The notes beneath the pieces were generated by a model. It saw only the letters and a list, made by a program, of their open reading frames with translations, was not told where the DNA came from and ran no database searches. From NCBI GenBank assembly GCA_034722055.1, contig JAYENL010000259.1, positions 1 through 64,000 on the forward strand: DNA of 64,000 nucleotides, in the 5' to 3' direction. This DNA is from Armatimonadota bacterium. Lineage in GTDB: Bacteria; Armatimonadota; Zipacnadia; Zipacnadales; UBA5352. The translations under genes and the position numbers were made by a program. Positions 55,233 through 64,000 of the stretch are shown piece after piece (the stretch's first letter is position 1; each line of letters opens with the position of its first letter).

Positions 55233-56141
55233 TCACCCCATCCCCGCCGCCTCCGGCACCTTCCGCACGTAGGCCACGAAGATGTCCTCCAGCGAGCAGT
55301 CCTCGGTCTCGACGGAGGTGGGCCCGAGGGCGTCGATGGCGCGGCGCAGCTCGTCCCCCCAGCAGTCGGTGATGAGCACGAGCTGTCGCCCCGAGCGCTC
55401 CGCGCTCAGGACGCCCTCGAGGCGCTCGCCGGGGGCCGGCGCCTCGCCCTCGAAGGTGGCGACCACGCGCCGGACGCGCGACTTCAGGCTCTCCAGCGGC
55501 TCCTGGACCAGCAGCTTCCCCTCGTGGATGATGCCGATCCAGTCCGCCACGCGCTCCACGTCGTCGATGATGTGCGAGGAGAAGAAGACGGTGGCGCCGG
55601 TCTCCTGCAGCACGCCCACGATGCTCTCGATGAACTCCCGCCGCACCACCGCGTCGAGGCCGCTGGTGGGGTCATCCAGGATCAGCAGCTTCGGGTGGGA
55701 GGCCATGGCCAGCGCCAGCGCCAGCTTGCCCTGCATGCCGCGGGAGAGCTGCCCCACCTTCTGCTGCGGCGGGAGGTCGAAGCGCTCGATGAGCTGCGCT
55801 GCGGCGTCATCGTCCCAGCGGGGATGGATGGTGGCGCCGAACCACACGATCTCGCGCACCCACATCCAGTCGTACATCTGCACGCGCTCGGGGACGTAGG
55901 AGACCACGCGCTTCATCGGCACGTCCTCGCGCAGGGGATTGAAGCCGAGCACCCGCATCTCTCCGGCGGTGGGCTGGAGCATGCCCATAAGCATCTGGAT
56001 GGTGGTGGTCTTCCCGGCACCGTTGCGGCCCAGGAAGCCGTAGACGCTGCCCACAGGCACCTCCAGGTCGATGCCGTCCACGGCGACGAGCCGCCCGAAG
56101 CGCTTGGTCAGCCCGGTGGTCTCGATGGCCAGGTCAGTCAT
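55233..56141 (-). CDS. ABC transporter ATP-binding protein (YtrB/CcmA-like)
   Basis: Walker A 'GRNGAGKTT', signature 'LSRGM', Walker B 'LILDDPT', 'SSH'. Confidence 0.95.
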   Translation of the reverse strand: MTDLAIETTGLTKRFGRLVAVDGIDLEVPVGSVYGFLGRNGAGKTTTIQMLMGMLQPTAGEMRVLGFNPLREDVPMKRVVSYVPERVQMYDWMWVREIVWFGATIHPRWDDDAAAQLIERFDLPPQQKVGQLSRGMQGKLALALAMASHPKLLILDDPTSGLDAVVRREFIESIVGVLQETGATVFFSSHIIDDVERVADWIGIIHEGKLLVQEPLESLKSRVRRVVATFEGEAPAPGERLEGVLSAERSGRQLVLITDCWGDELRRAIDALGPTSVETEDCSLEDIFVAYVRKVPEAAGMG

Positions 56142-56179
56142 CGTTGCTCAGCCTCCGTGCGCGTGCAGTCTCGGCTGTG

Positions 56180-58999
56180 TCAGCGTATCTCGACAGCGGT
56201 GGCGTCGGATGCGCCCAGCGCTACCTCGAAGGTCAGCTCGCCGTCCGCGACCTCCGCCGGGACCCGCCTGTCATCGACCAGATCCATCACCGACTGCGCG
56301 CCGGTGATGCCCACGGAGCGAAGATCAACTGTGATCGTGGCCGAGGCGCGCTCCTCCTCGCGATTGCAGATGCTCAGCATCAGCGGCAGGTCGCCGCCGA
56401 AGCGCTCCACCGTGACGGCCGGGGAGTCGGCGACCGCCCAGGGCACCGGCTCCCAGCCGGCTGCGGCCATGCGCGTGAGGATGGGGACGTACTTGTCGTA
56501 GAGCGCCGCCACCTGGGTCTCCGGCCCGAAGCGATCCCCGCGCGCGTAGCCGCCGGGGATGATGGCGAAGGGCAGGTGGGAGCGGATGAAGGGCTCCTCG
56601 TAGTGCTCCGCCTGTACCGGCAGCGTCACCACCGGCTTGTGGTAGGCGAGGGCGCGGGCTGCCGGCGCCGAGTGCGCCAGGCCCCACTCCAGCCCGTTGA
56701 TGTCGAGCAGGTGCTGCGAGAAGCAGAACGGCTGGCGGCCGGTGTTGGCGATGAGCCACTTGCCCTCCGCCTCCAGCCCGCGCTTGAGCTCGGCCGCCCA
56801 CTCGCAGACCGCCACCGCGCCAGCGACGACCGGCCGGAAGTCGCCGGCGGCGAAGGTGGGCGGGAAGTCGCAGGCGGCCAGGTGCTCGCGCGAGAAGTCG
56901 AGCGAGTGGGCGTTGGTAAAGTAGTTGTCGAGGCCGAAGCCGTCCAGCTCGCCGGCCTCCTGGCGGTAGCGCTCGACGGTGGGTCGCAGGATGCGGTCGA
57001 AGAGGAACTGCCCGTAGCCGCCGGGGATGTCCGGGTCGATGTTGCAGAAGACGCGCCCGGTCCACCAGTCAGTGCCTCCCCAGTCGGCCCGGTTGGTCAG
57101 ATACCCCACCTGGATGCGGCCGTTGGCGTCCAGGGCCGCGGAGCGCTTTACAGCCGCCACGGAGTCCCGCAGCCACTGTTCCGCCGCCTCCCGGCCGAGA
57201 GTCTCTTCGCGGCCCTCGTACCGGTTCCGGCCGGTGGCGGATTCACGAACGGAGAGGATGTGGGCCCGCGGGTCCTCGGAATCGAGGAGCCGGCGCATGG
57301 CGGCTCGAGCCTCCTCGGGGCTCGGTCGCTCGTCGAACTGCCCCAGGTCGGCGAAGTAGCGCGCGGAGTCGCTGTAGAGGAAGGAGTAGAGGTCGTGCGC
57401 GTCGTCGAAGGCCACCGCCTCGGGCCCGGACGGGCCCCAATGGTACTTGAAGCCGAGCTGCTCGAGGTTGGGCAGCTCCGCGCAGTTGCCCCAGCAGACC
57501 CAGCCGCCGTACTGGGGCATGCGCCGCTCGAAGAGGTGCGGGAAGATGCGGTAGTAGCGCTCCAGAGCCGACCGCAGCCCCCAGCGCGGATCACAGCGGC
57601 AGAGGACGAACGAAAGGTCGGCGCGCCCGGGGAACTTCGCGGTGGCCTCCGTGAGCGCGAGGTCAACGGCCAGGAAGAGCTGGCGGCTGGCCGGCGAGGC
57701 GGCGATGCGATGATAGATCGGGCGATCCATGGGCACACCCAGGGCCAGCCCCTCCTCGCCCGCCACACAGCCAAGCGGGTAGATGGAGTGATGGCCGTTG
57801 GCGCCGGCCGACATGCGGTCGAAGGCGCCCAGCGTGACGTTCCCGGTCGCCGGGCGGGAGGTGAGGATGTCGTCCCACCACGTCACCTCGCCGGGCGGGA
57901 AGGGGAGGGCGAAGTAGAGCGTCACGGCGCGGTCCTCGCCGCTGCCGTCGCGCAGCGAGATGTCCACCGCGATGTGATCTTCCGCCGCGCGGTACTCGGC
58001 GTCGAGCTCCAGGTCGAGGCCCGGCGCGCGGGAGGAGACGCGCAGGCCATCGGCGGTTCTCCTCGAGTCGCCCTCAAAGGCTACCAGGTCCGAATCCAGC
58101 ACGGCGTCGCGGGCGAAGAACCCCAGCAGCGGCGCCCCGGCTCCTCCCGCCAGCTCCCGGCCGTCGATGGCCACCGCCGCCAGGCGGCCGGCCGAATCGA
58201 AGCGCAGCGTGAAGCCGTCGGCGGTCCGGAGCGTGGCGTCGATCGCCGGCCGGTCGGCGCGGAGGAGCTGGCCAACGGGTGTCGGCCGCATGTCGAAGTC
58301 CACCAGCGCCATCCCCTCCCCCAGCGCAGCGAGCAGCGACGGCTCCAGCGGCTGTTCGGTGACGTAGGGCGGGATCTCGGGCGGGATGGTGATGCCCTGA
58401 TCCTCCGCCAGCTCCAGCTCCATCCGCCACCATCCGGACTGGCCCGGCGCCACGGGCGCCGTCAGCGTCACTGTCTCGTACTGAGGCAGATCCCTGGCGG
58501 TGACCGACGATCCGTCGGGCGCGAACAGCTCCACCCGGCCCGGCTCGCCCGAGAAGGTCAGCGTCAGCTCCTCCAGGTCAGGCGGAACGTGGAAGTACAG
58601 TGGGCGCGCGTTGTCGATGAGGTTAAGCTGGCGGGTGTGTGCCAGGTTCACGCCCCAGGTCGCCCCGCCGACCTCCACGCTGAAGGCGTTCATGCCGGGG
58701 TTGGCGTCGATGGCATAGAGGCCATCAGCCTCGGGCACGAGCGTGAAGGTTCGGGACTCGCCCGGCTCCAGCCGTCCCTGCGCCGCCGAGGTCCCCGACG
58801 GTCCGTAGATTCGGTAGGCGAGGGCGTCGGGATAGCCGAGGCTGGCGCTGATGGCGGTGAATGTCAGCTCCATTGCATGCCCGGCGCGGGCCTCCAGGAA
58901 GAGCTGGTGGCGCTTGCGGAACTGCGTCGGCCCGTCCGCGACACATGGTGCGGCTGCGATGCCGAGTGCGATCCCTGCTACGATCATCTGCCGGCTCAT
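56180..58999 (-). CDS. Large secreted putative glycoside hydrolase
   Basis: 939 aa, signal peptide; N-terminal beta-sandwich pair; catalytic-like 'CNIDPDI…DGFGLDNY…LIAN…INGLE'; 'AGWEPVPWA'. Confidence 0.65.
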   Translation of the reverse strand: MSRQMIVAGIALGIAAAPCVADGPTQFRKRHQLFLEARAGHAMELTFTAISASLGYPDALAYRIYGPSGTSAAQGRLEPGESRTFTLVPEADGLYAIDANPGMNAFSVEVGGATWGVNLAHTRQLNLIDNARPLYFHVPPDLEELTLTFSGEPGRVELFAPDGSSVTARDLPQYETVTLTAPVAPGQSGWWRMELELAEDQGITIPPEIPPYVTEQPLEPSLLAALGEGMALVDFDMRPTPVGQLLRADRPAIDATLRTADGFTLRFDSAGRLAAVAIDGRELAGGAGAPLLGFFARDAVLDSDLVAFEGDSRRTADGLRVSSRAPGLDLELDAEYRAAEDHIAVDISLRDGSGEDRAVTLYFALPFPPGEVTWWDDILTSRPATGNVTLGAFDRMSAGANGHHSIYPLGCVAGEEGLALGVPMDRPIYHRIAASPASRQLFLAVDLALTEATAKFPGRADLSFVLCRCDPRWGLRSALERYYRIFPHLFERRMPQYGGWVCWGNCAELPNLEQLGFKYHWGPSGPEAVAFDDAHDLYSFLYSDSARYFADLGQFDERPSPEEARAAMRRLLDSEDPRAHILSVRESATGRNRYEGREETLGREAAEQWLRDSVAAVKRSAALDANGRIQVGYLTNRADWGGTDWWTGRVFCNIDPDIPGGYGQFLFDRILRPTVERYRQEAGELDGFGLDNYFTNAHSLDFSREHLAACDFPPTFAAGDFRPVVAGAVAVCEWAAELKRGLEAEGKWLIANTGRQPFCFSQHLLDINGLEWGLAHSAPAARALAYHKPVVTLPVQAEHYEEPFIRSHLPFAIIPGGYARGDRFGPETQVAALYDKYVPILTRMAAAGWEPVPWAVADSPAVTVERFGGDLPLMLSICNREEERASATITVDLRSVGITGAQSVMDLVDDRRVPAEVADGELTFEVALGASDATAVEIR

Positions 59000-59047
59000 C
59001 TGTGTGCCTCCTGTCGCATGGCTGCGTTGGCTGAAGACCTCAGAGCG

Positions 59048-59452
59048 TCACGACTGCTCGTCCGCGGCGACATCCCCATCAATGGTGCCGGCGGCACGCT
59101 CGGCCAGGGCGCTGAAGTCCGCCCGGCTGACGCCCAGGTTGGCGGCCGTGCGCGCGGCCTCGTCGAGCATCTGCTGCAGCACGCGGCGCTGCTCGCGCCT
59201 GCCCATGGCCTCGGCCTCACCAGACACGAAGGTGCCCGAGCCCTGCCGCGCCACCAGCAGCCCGTCGCCCTGCAGCTCGCGGTATGCCCGGGCGACGGTG
59301 TTGGGGTTCACGCGCAGCTCCTCCGCCTGCTCCCGCACGCGCGGCAGTTGGTCACCGGGTTGAAGCACCCCGGCGGCGACCGCCAGACGGATCTCCTCCT
59401 GGATCTGGCTGTAGAGCGGCGTGCTGCTCTTGGGGTCGATGGAGATGTGCAT
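59048..59452 (-). CDS. GntR family regulator, YtrA subfamily
   Basis: 'PLYSQI', 'LQPGDQLPRVRE', 'VNPNTVARAYREL', 'GSGTFV'; short C-terminus. Confidence 0.93.
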   Translation of the reverse strand: MHISIDPKSSTPLYSQIQEEIRLAVAAGVLQPGDQLPRVREQAEELRVNPNTVARAYRELQGDGLLVARQGSGTFVSGEAEAMGRREQRRVLQQMLDEAARTAANLGVSRADFSALAERAAGTIDGDVAADEQS

Positions 59453-59472
59453 TGTATTAGTATTATAATACA
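59453..59472. promoter_or_regulatory. YtrA-type operator TGTATTA-N6-TAATACA containing a TATAAT -10 element
   Basis: Perfect 7-bp arms directly abutting the gntR ATG; no Shine-Dalgarno. Confidence 0.8.
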
Positions 59473-59539
59473 ATTCCCCGCTAATGAAACCGAATCGCAG
59501 TTTAAGGTATTGTGAACCCGAGGTGACCCCGGTAAGGGA

Positions 59540-62407
59540 TCAGTCGGCCGGGAGCAGCGCGTAGGCTACGTCGGTGCGAAGCTCCTCCAGTTCGATGGTC
59601 AGAGTGCCATTCGCCACGAGCACGTCAGACGTGTAGCTCCGCCGGCCCTGCCAGGTGTCCCAGCGTTCCAGGCGGCATTCCCCGTCGGGCAGGCCCTGGA
59701 AGGTGGCGAGGAACGACGGGACCACGGGGCCGGGCTCTTCGTCGGCATGGCGGTGCCAGACGCTGTCCCGGTTGTGCAGCCAGAGGATGGTGGCGGAGTC
59801 GCTCACCATGCCCAGGGCCATAACATTGGGCCGGGGATGCGTGCGAAGCCCGGTGAGCATGTAGCGGCTGACACGGATCCAGTCCCGACCGGTGTTCTCG
59901 ACCCGGATGCGGTGCCGACCGGCGGGCACATCCACCGCGATCTCGCGGTCATAGACCGTCTCCCAGATTTGCCACTGCTCGCGCCAGACGCTCTCCACGC
60001 CCAGCCCCTCCCCCGTGGCCAGCTCCTCACGGAGGGCCAGGCGGTCGTCGATGTAGATGCTGAGATCGCCGCCGGCCGAGACGCGCTCCACGTGCACGAT
60101 GAACCGGCCGTCGGAGGGGTACTCGGCGACGAAGGTCGGCGGATTGCGCAAGTCCTCGTGGGCCTGTCCCTGCAGCAGAGACTGGACGCGGCGGTCGTCA
60201 GCGATGCTGCCGTCGGGCTGCACGATGAACTCGGAGTGCTCGGGCCGGCCCCAGCGGTGGAAGGTGGGCACGATGACATCGGACGGCTCGGGCACGCTCG
60301 CGCCCTCCTGATACTCCAGCGAGGCGGGCCCAAGGGGCCGCCAGGAGGTCTCTCCCAAGGGCAGCTTTTCGACGAAGCGCGCCATGGCCGTGAAGTGGAA
60401 GTAGAGGTCGAGGGGATCGATGTAGCTCTCATGCCACCAGGGCATGGGGCCGCCCGCGCAGCCGCTCATGGTCGCGGCCCACAAGGCGTTGTGGATGGCC
60501 CAGCCCTCGCGGTCGAGGTCTCGGCTCCCTGCGCGCGCGCTGAGGCCGAACTCCGCGAACAGGTGCGGCTTGGGCCACCGCTCCCACTGCTGGCGGCAGA
60601 AGCCGCGGGCGATCTCCGCGTAACCCAGCTCGGCGTTGCCGTAGTTGTGAGTCTGGACGATGTCGATGTCCTCCAGCGCCCAGAAGCGCTCGTCGCCCGT
60701 GCCGCCCCAGAAGCTGGTGGTGATGAGGTGATCCCAGGGATCGATGGACCGGAGGTAGCGGGACATCTCGGCGTGCCAGGAGAGCTGATCCTCGGGGGAG
60801 CTGTCGGCCCAGCCCTGCATCTCATTGCCGAACTCCCAGCACAGCACGTGCGGCGAGTAGCCCCACCGGGCCACGATGTAACGGAGGCGCTTGCGGTAGA
60901 GCTCGCGGGCCCGGTCGCTGGTGAAGAAGTCGCCGGCGGTCTCGCACGGGCCCCCGTTGATCGCGTTGTATGGGTTGCGCAGCCAGCCGTCGCCCCGGAA
61001 GTCCTGATGCGTGTCCAGGCACAGCATGTAGTACATGCCAAGCTCGCGGGCCTGCTCGAGGAGGTAGTCAAGGCGCCAGGCCTGCGGCTGCCGATAGCGG
61101 CCGAGATGCTCGGACTCGATGCCCAGGCCGCGCGAGGACATCCACCACCGGTTGTAGCTCTCACCCGCGGCGGCCATCTTCGCCATGGCCTCTGGCCCCA
61201 GTTGGCCGGTCTGGTGGTAGATGGGCAGGTTGTGGCCGATGGGAAAGTACCCCGAGCTGTCATCGAACGCGAAGTAGTGCGGATCGGCCTCGCTGACGCG
61301 CACGAAGCCGTGGCCGTCGCGCGCCGTGGCCACGAAGGAGCCCTCGCCCCCGATCACCTCACCGCTGCGGTCGCGCGCCCGCAGGCGGAAGCGATGCTCG
61401 CCCTCCTCGGTGGGGCTGAAGCGCACGCACCACCGGCCGTCGCCGACCGGAGTCAGCAGCTCCGCGTCGCCGATGACGTCGCGCTGCATGTCGAGCATGA
61501 AGAAGCTCGGGACCTCCACGCGCTGGCCCGACGGCGTCTGGACGACGGCGTCCAGGGCCACGTCCTCGGGGTCGAAGGGGTTGTCCCAGGTCGCGTCCAG
61601 ATCGACCGTCAGCTCGGTGTGCCGGCCGACCGGGACGGATGCGGTGGCGGGCGTGACGCCGCGGATGGCCAGCGGCTGCCGCGAGGGGACGATCTCGCCG
61701 GGAAGGGGCTGCGGAATCGGCTCGAAGGCCAGCTCGAAGCTGGCATTGACCTGCTCGCCGGCGGGAAAGTCATCGGGCGTGAGGCGCACGCGGGCCTCCC
61801 AGAAGTCCTCCCGCGCCACCCAGCTCACATGTCCGGGTGCGGTGGGCGCCAGCGAGATCGCGGCCTCATCAGTGATGCCGACGCCCAGCGCCGTGCCCAC
61901 GCCATCAACGCCGCGTGCCGTGGTGCCATACGAGCCGGGGCGGAGGTAGGTCGGCTCTTCACCCCCGAAGTCGTCCCGGCTCATGCGCATGAGGGCCAGC
62001 ACGCCCCGGCGCAGCGCCAGCTCGCCGGTCTTCGTCACCCACAGATCGACGCTCAGCCCGTCTTCGCCGGGCTCCAGGCGCATCTCGAACTCCATCGGCG
62101 GCGCGTCCTGCTTCCGAACGAAGTGCCCGGCGAGGCTGACCGAGCCGTCCTCCGTCAGGTGCGGGCCGTCGGTGACACCGCCGCCTGCGAGACGCTCGTA
62201 CTGCCACTCCCCGTGCCAGAGCACGACGGAGACCTCGGTCTCCGGACCGCCCTCAAGCCCCACCCGCCAGATACCCGGAGGCGTGAAGCGAATCACGCGC
62301 CCATCGTCCCGCCAGACGTAGTCCTCACCGTCGCGCACCAGTCGCTGGGCGTGTGCGGCAAGGGGCAACGCCATCGCCACCAGCGCGACCGCCATGGCAA
62401 TACGCAT
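59540..62407 (-). CDS. Secreted DUF5060 plus GH5-like (clan A) glycoside hydrolase
   Basis: 'WDNPFDPEDV…WCVRFSPT' DUF5060-like; 'YIVARWGYSPHVLCWEFGNE', 'HLITTS', 'QTHNY', 'FAEFG'; alternative starts to 62431. Confidence 0.8.
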   Translation of the reverse strand: MRIAMAVALVAMALPLAAHAQRLVRDGEDYVWRDDGRVIRFTPPGIWRVGLEGGPETEVSVVLWHGEWQYERLAGGGVTDGPHLTEDGSVSLAGHFVRKQDAPPMEFEMRLEPGEDGLSVDLWVTKTGELALRRGVLALMRMSRDDFGGEEPTYLRPGSYGTTARGVDGVGTALGVGITDEAAISLAPTAPGHVSWVAREDFWEARVRLTPDDFPAGEQVNASFELAFEPIPQPLPGEIVPSRQPLAIRGVTPATASVPVGRHTELTVDLDATWDNPFDPEDVALDAVVQTPSGQRVEVPSFFMLDMQRDVIGDAELLTPVGDGRWCVRFSPTEEGEHRFRLRARDRSGEVIGGEGSFVATARDGHGFVRVSEADPHYFAFDDSSGYFPIGHNLPIYHQTGQLGPEAMAKMAAAGESYNRWWMSSRGLGIESEHLGRYRQPQAWRLDYLLEQARELGMYYMLCLDTHQDFRGDGWLRNPYNAINGGPCETAGDFFTSDRARELYRKRLRYIVARWGYSPHVLCWEFGNEMQGWADSSPEDQLSWHAEMSRYLRSIDPWDHLITTSFWGGTGDERFWALEDIDIVQTHNYGNAELGYAEIARGFCRQQWERWPKPHLFAEFGLSARAGSRDLDREGWAIHNALWAATMSGCAGGPMPWWHESYIDPLDLYFHFTAMARFVEKLPLGETSWRPLGPASLEYQEGASVPEPSDVIVPTFHRWGRPEHSEFIVQPDGSIADDRRVQSLLQGQAHEDLRNPPTFVAEYPSDGRFIVHVERVSAGGDLSIYIDDRLALREELATGEGLGVESVWREQWQIWETVYDREIAVDVPAGRHRIRVENTGRDWIRVSRYMLTGLRTHPRPNVMALGMVSDSATILWLHNRDSVWHRHADEEPGPVVPSFLATFQGLPDGECRLERWDTWQGRRSYTSDVLVANGTLTIELEELRTDVAYALLPAD

Positions 62408-62598
62408 GGGGATCCGTCCCCTCATGGACATGACCTACTCGGCTGCGGGAGCTTCGCCCCAGCAGCGCCCCGGTCCTCCGCCGCGCCGGCAGCCGATTGC
62501 ACGCTGTCATGCGCAGGCGGAGCTTGTATTAAGGATGTGTTGACATGGCGAGGGAATGTGCCGTCTGCGCGCGGCCGGAGGCGCGTCATACGTGGCAG

Positions 62599-63276
62599 CT
62601 ACGAGGTCGAGGGAGTGAACTCAGGGATGGGCTCCACGGCGCAGGTGATGGCGTAGGTGTGCCCGTCAGGCTGCATGACCATCCGCGCCGGCCACCGGCT
62701 CAACCCAGTGCTCCGGGGCGACGCCGAACAGCCGTCATCGCCCTCGCCGCAGGCCACGCACGACATGGCATCGCGGATGTGAACCGCGACGGTGTAGCTC
62801 TCCCCGGCGTGCATGGGACGCGGCGAGGTCACCCGCAGTCGCACCCAGCCGGCGCAGTCGCCCGGGATCCGCGTCCACTCGGCGCCGCACAGAAGCGAGC
62901 CGTCGGCGCGGTAGATGGCGGCGCCTGCCGTGACGGTCACGTCCTCTGTGCCGGGGCCACGCAGGTGCGCCCGGACCTCCAGCGGCAGGCAGTCGAAGGT
63001 CGTCACCACGCGCAGGCCGCGGACCCGGTCTGCGAGGGCAAGCTGGGCGTCGGCGGGATCCATGCCGAGGCAGGGCGTGTCCGCCTGCGGAGCGACCGGC
63101 GTGACAGTAGCTGCCCGCAGCGGACGTGGCGGCCCGACTCCTCGAGGGCCCGCCCGAGCCTGCAGCCGGCGGGGCTCGCGGACGGTCATCCACTCGCACA
63201 GGCCCCACGTCAAGCAGGAGACGACCACGAAGGTCACTACGCCGGTCAGGACGCTGCGGAGGCTGGCACTGCCCAT
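62599..63276 (-). CDS. Membrane-anchored hypothetical protein
   Basis: GAGGAGG RBS; N-terminal TM helix then beta-rich Cys-containing domain. Confidence 0.5.
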   Translation of the reverse strand: MGSASLRSVLTGVVTFVVVSCLTWGLCEWMTVREPRRLQARAGPRGVGPPRPLRAATVTPVAPQADTPCLGMDPADAQLALADRVRGLRVVTTFDCLPLEVRAHLRGPGTEDVTVTAGAAIYRADGSLLCGAEWTRIPGDCAGWVRLRVTSPRPMHAGESYTVAVHIRDAMSCVACGEGDDGCSASPRSTGLSRWPARMVMQPDGHTYAITCAVEPIPEFTPSTS

Positions 63277-63442
63277 GGGTTACCTCCTCGGCGCGACCTG
63301 GGCCCATCATTGTTTCTTAAGCTTCCCTGCCCCTGCAGCATCACCTCCATGCCGGGAGGAGCCGAGGACGAGCCCGGCGAATGAGGCGTGGCGTGCGCCT
63401 GCTTGATTGAGGCGGGCATTGCGGCTTCTGGAGGACGTGAGC

Positions 63443-64000
63443 ATGCGTATTCTTGCAACTCTCGCGGTGATCGCGATGGCCGGTGCGCTGACGGCGGCGG
63501 AGATCGAGCCCGAGGACGTAATGCTGAAGGCGGAGATTCAGAGCTGGGGCGAGACGCGCGGGATGACCGCCGTGGAGCACGCGGAGGCGTCGGAGGGGAC
63601 GGCGATGGCCCTGGACGCGCACGCCGTCGCCGTGGGTGGACTGCGGCTGGAGCCGGGCGAGTACACCCTGCTGTTCTGGGCGCACGCCCCGGCCGGCGAC
63701 CAGGACGCGTTCTTCGTAGAGGTGGACGGCGAGCGGGCGCGGCTGAAGGGCCCCATCGGCGACTGGGGGACGATCGTGCATCCCTTCACCGTCGCCGAAG
63801 GCGGCGCGGTGGGCATCACGGTCATCGGCCAGGAGGCGGGGATGACCCTGGACCAGATGGCGGTGGTCCGCGGCCGCTACGAGCCGGGGCAGATCGAGTT
63901 CGCCGATGTCCCGGGCGTAACGCGCGGGGACACGGTGCCCCCGGAGGAGCTTCCGCGGCTGACGCTGCCGTGCTCGCTGGTGGAGGTCCCGCAGGCGCCC
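63443..64000 (+). CDS. Secreted protein with carbohydrate-binding-like N-terminus (partial, runs off window)
   Basis: GGAGG RBS; MRILATLAVIAMAGALTA signal peptide; 'ASEG…GEYTLLFW…DAFFVEVDG'; open to the window end. Confidence 0.7.
   Translation, partial: MRILATLAVIAMAGALTAAEIEPEDVMLKAEIQSWGETRGMTAVEHAEASEGTAMALDAHAVAVGGLRLEPGEYTLLFWAHAPAGDQDAFFVEVDGERARLKGPIGDWGTIVHPFTVAEGGAVGITVIGQEAGMTLDQMAVVRGRYEPGQIEFADVPGVTRGDTVPPEELPRLTLPCSLVEVPQAP

Noticed and set aside
56144..59515. Long antisense ORFs (e.g. 1123 aa here; 917 aa at 45527; 969 aa at 59747; 853 aa at 40856; 678 aa at 22071)
   Set aside because: Shadow ORFs of high-GC coding strands with no motifs; the opposite strand carries recognisable genes

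Overview
High-GC, gene-dense bacterial chromosomal window with no rRNA, tRNA, CRISPR array, transposase, integrase or reverse transcriptase that I can support. Gene content (DUF4838 and DUF1559/H-X9-DG proteins, PEP-CTERM, many secreted putative glycoside hydrolases, Cys-type sulfatases plus an anaerobic sulfatase maturase) suggests an anaerobic glycan degrader of the Armatimonadota/PVC type; that taxonomy is inference. Main points of interest: (1) a 23-kb all-minus-strand run (12.6-35.8 kb) with a duplicated ECF sigma / anti-sigma / GspG-tail membrane-protein module and five paralogous secreted beta-sandwich (carboxypeptidase-regulatory-like) repeat proteins, three of them behind their own promoter with a palindromic operator; (2) a stand-alone, strongly divergent RtcB-family RNA ligase with a perfect palindrome upstream; (3) two intra-operon (GCTGANN)n heptamer arrays sharing a leader motif and the same polarity relative to transcription; (4) a YtrA/GntR-ABC operon whose two permease genes are each cut after the first TM helix and joined out of frame (+1) to other C-terminal coding segments near a similar 13-mer; (5) tandem QueG/reductive-dehalogenase-like Fe-S genes whose last 54 bp are exactly duplicated around a REP doublet; (6) dense mosaics of REP-like palindromes in intergenic gaps. 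All family assignments come from motif recognition by eye, not from database searches.
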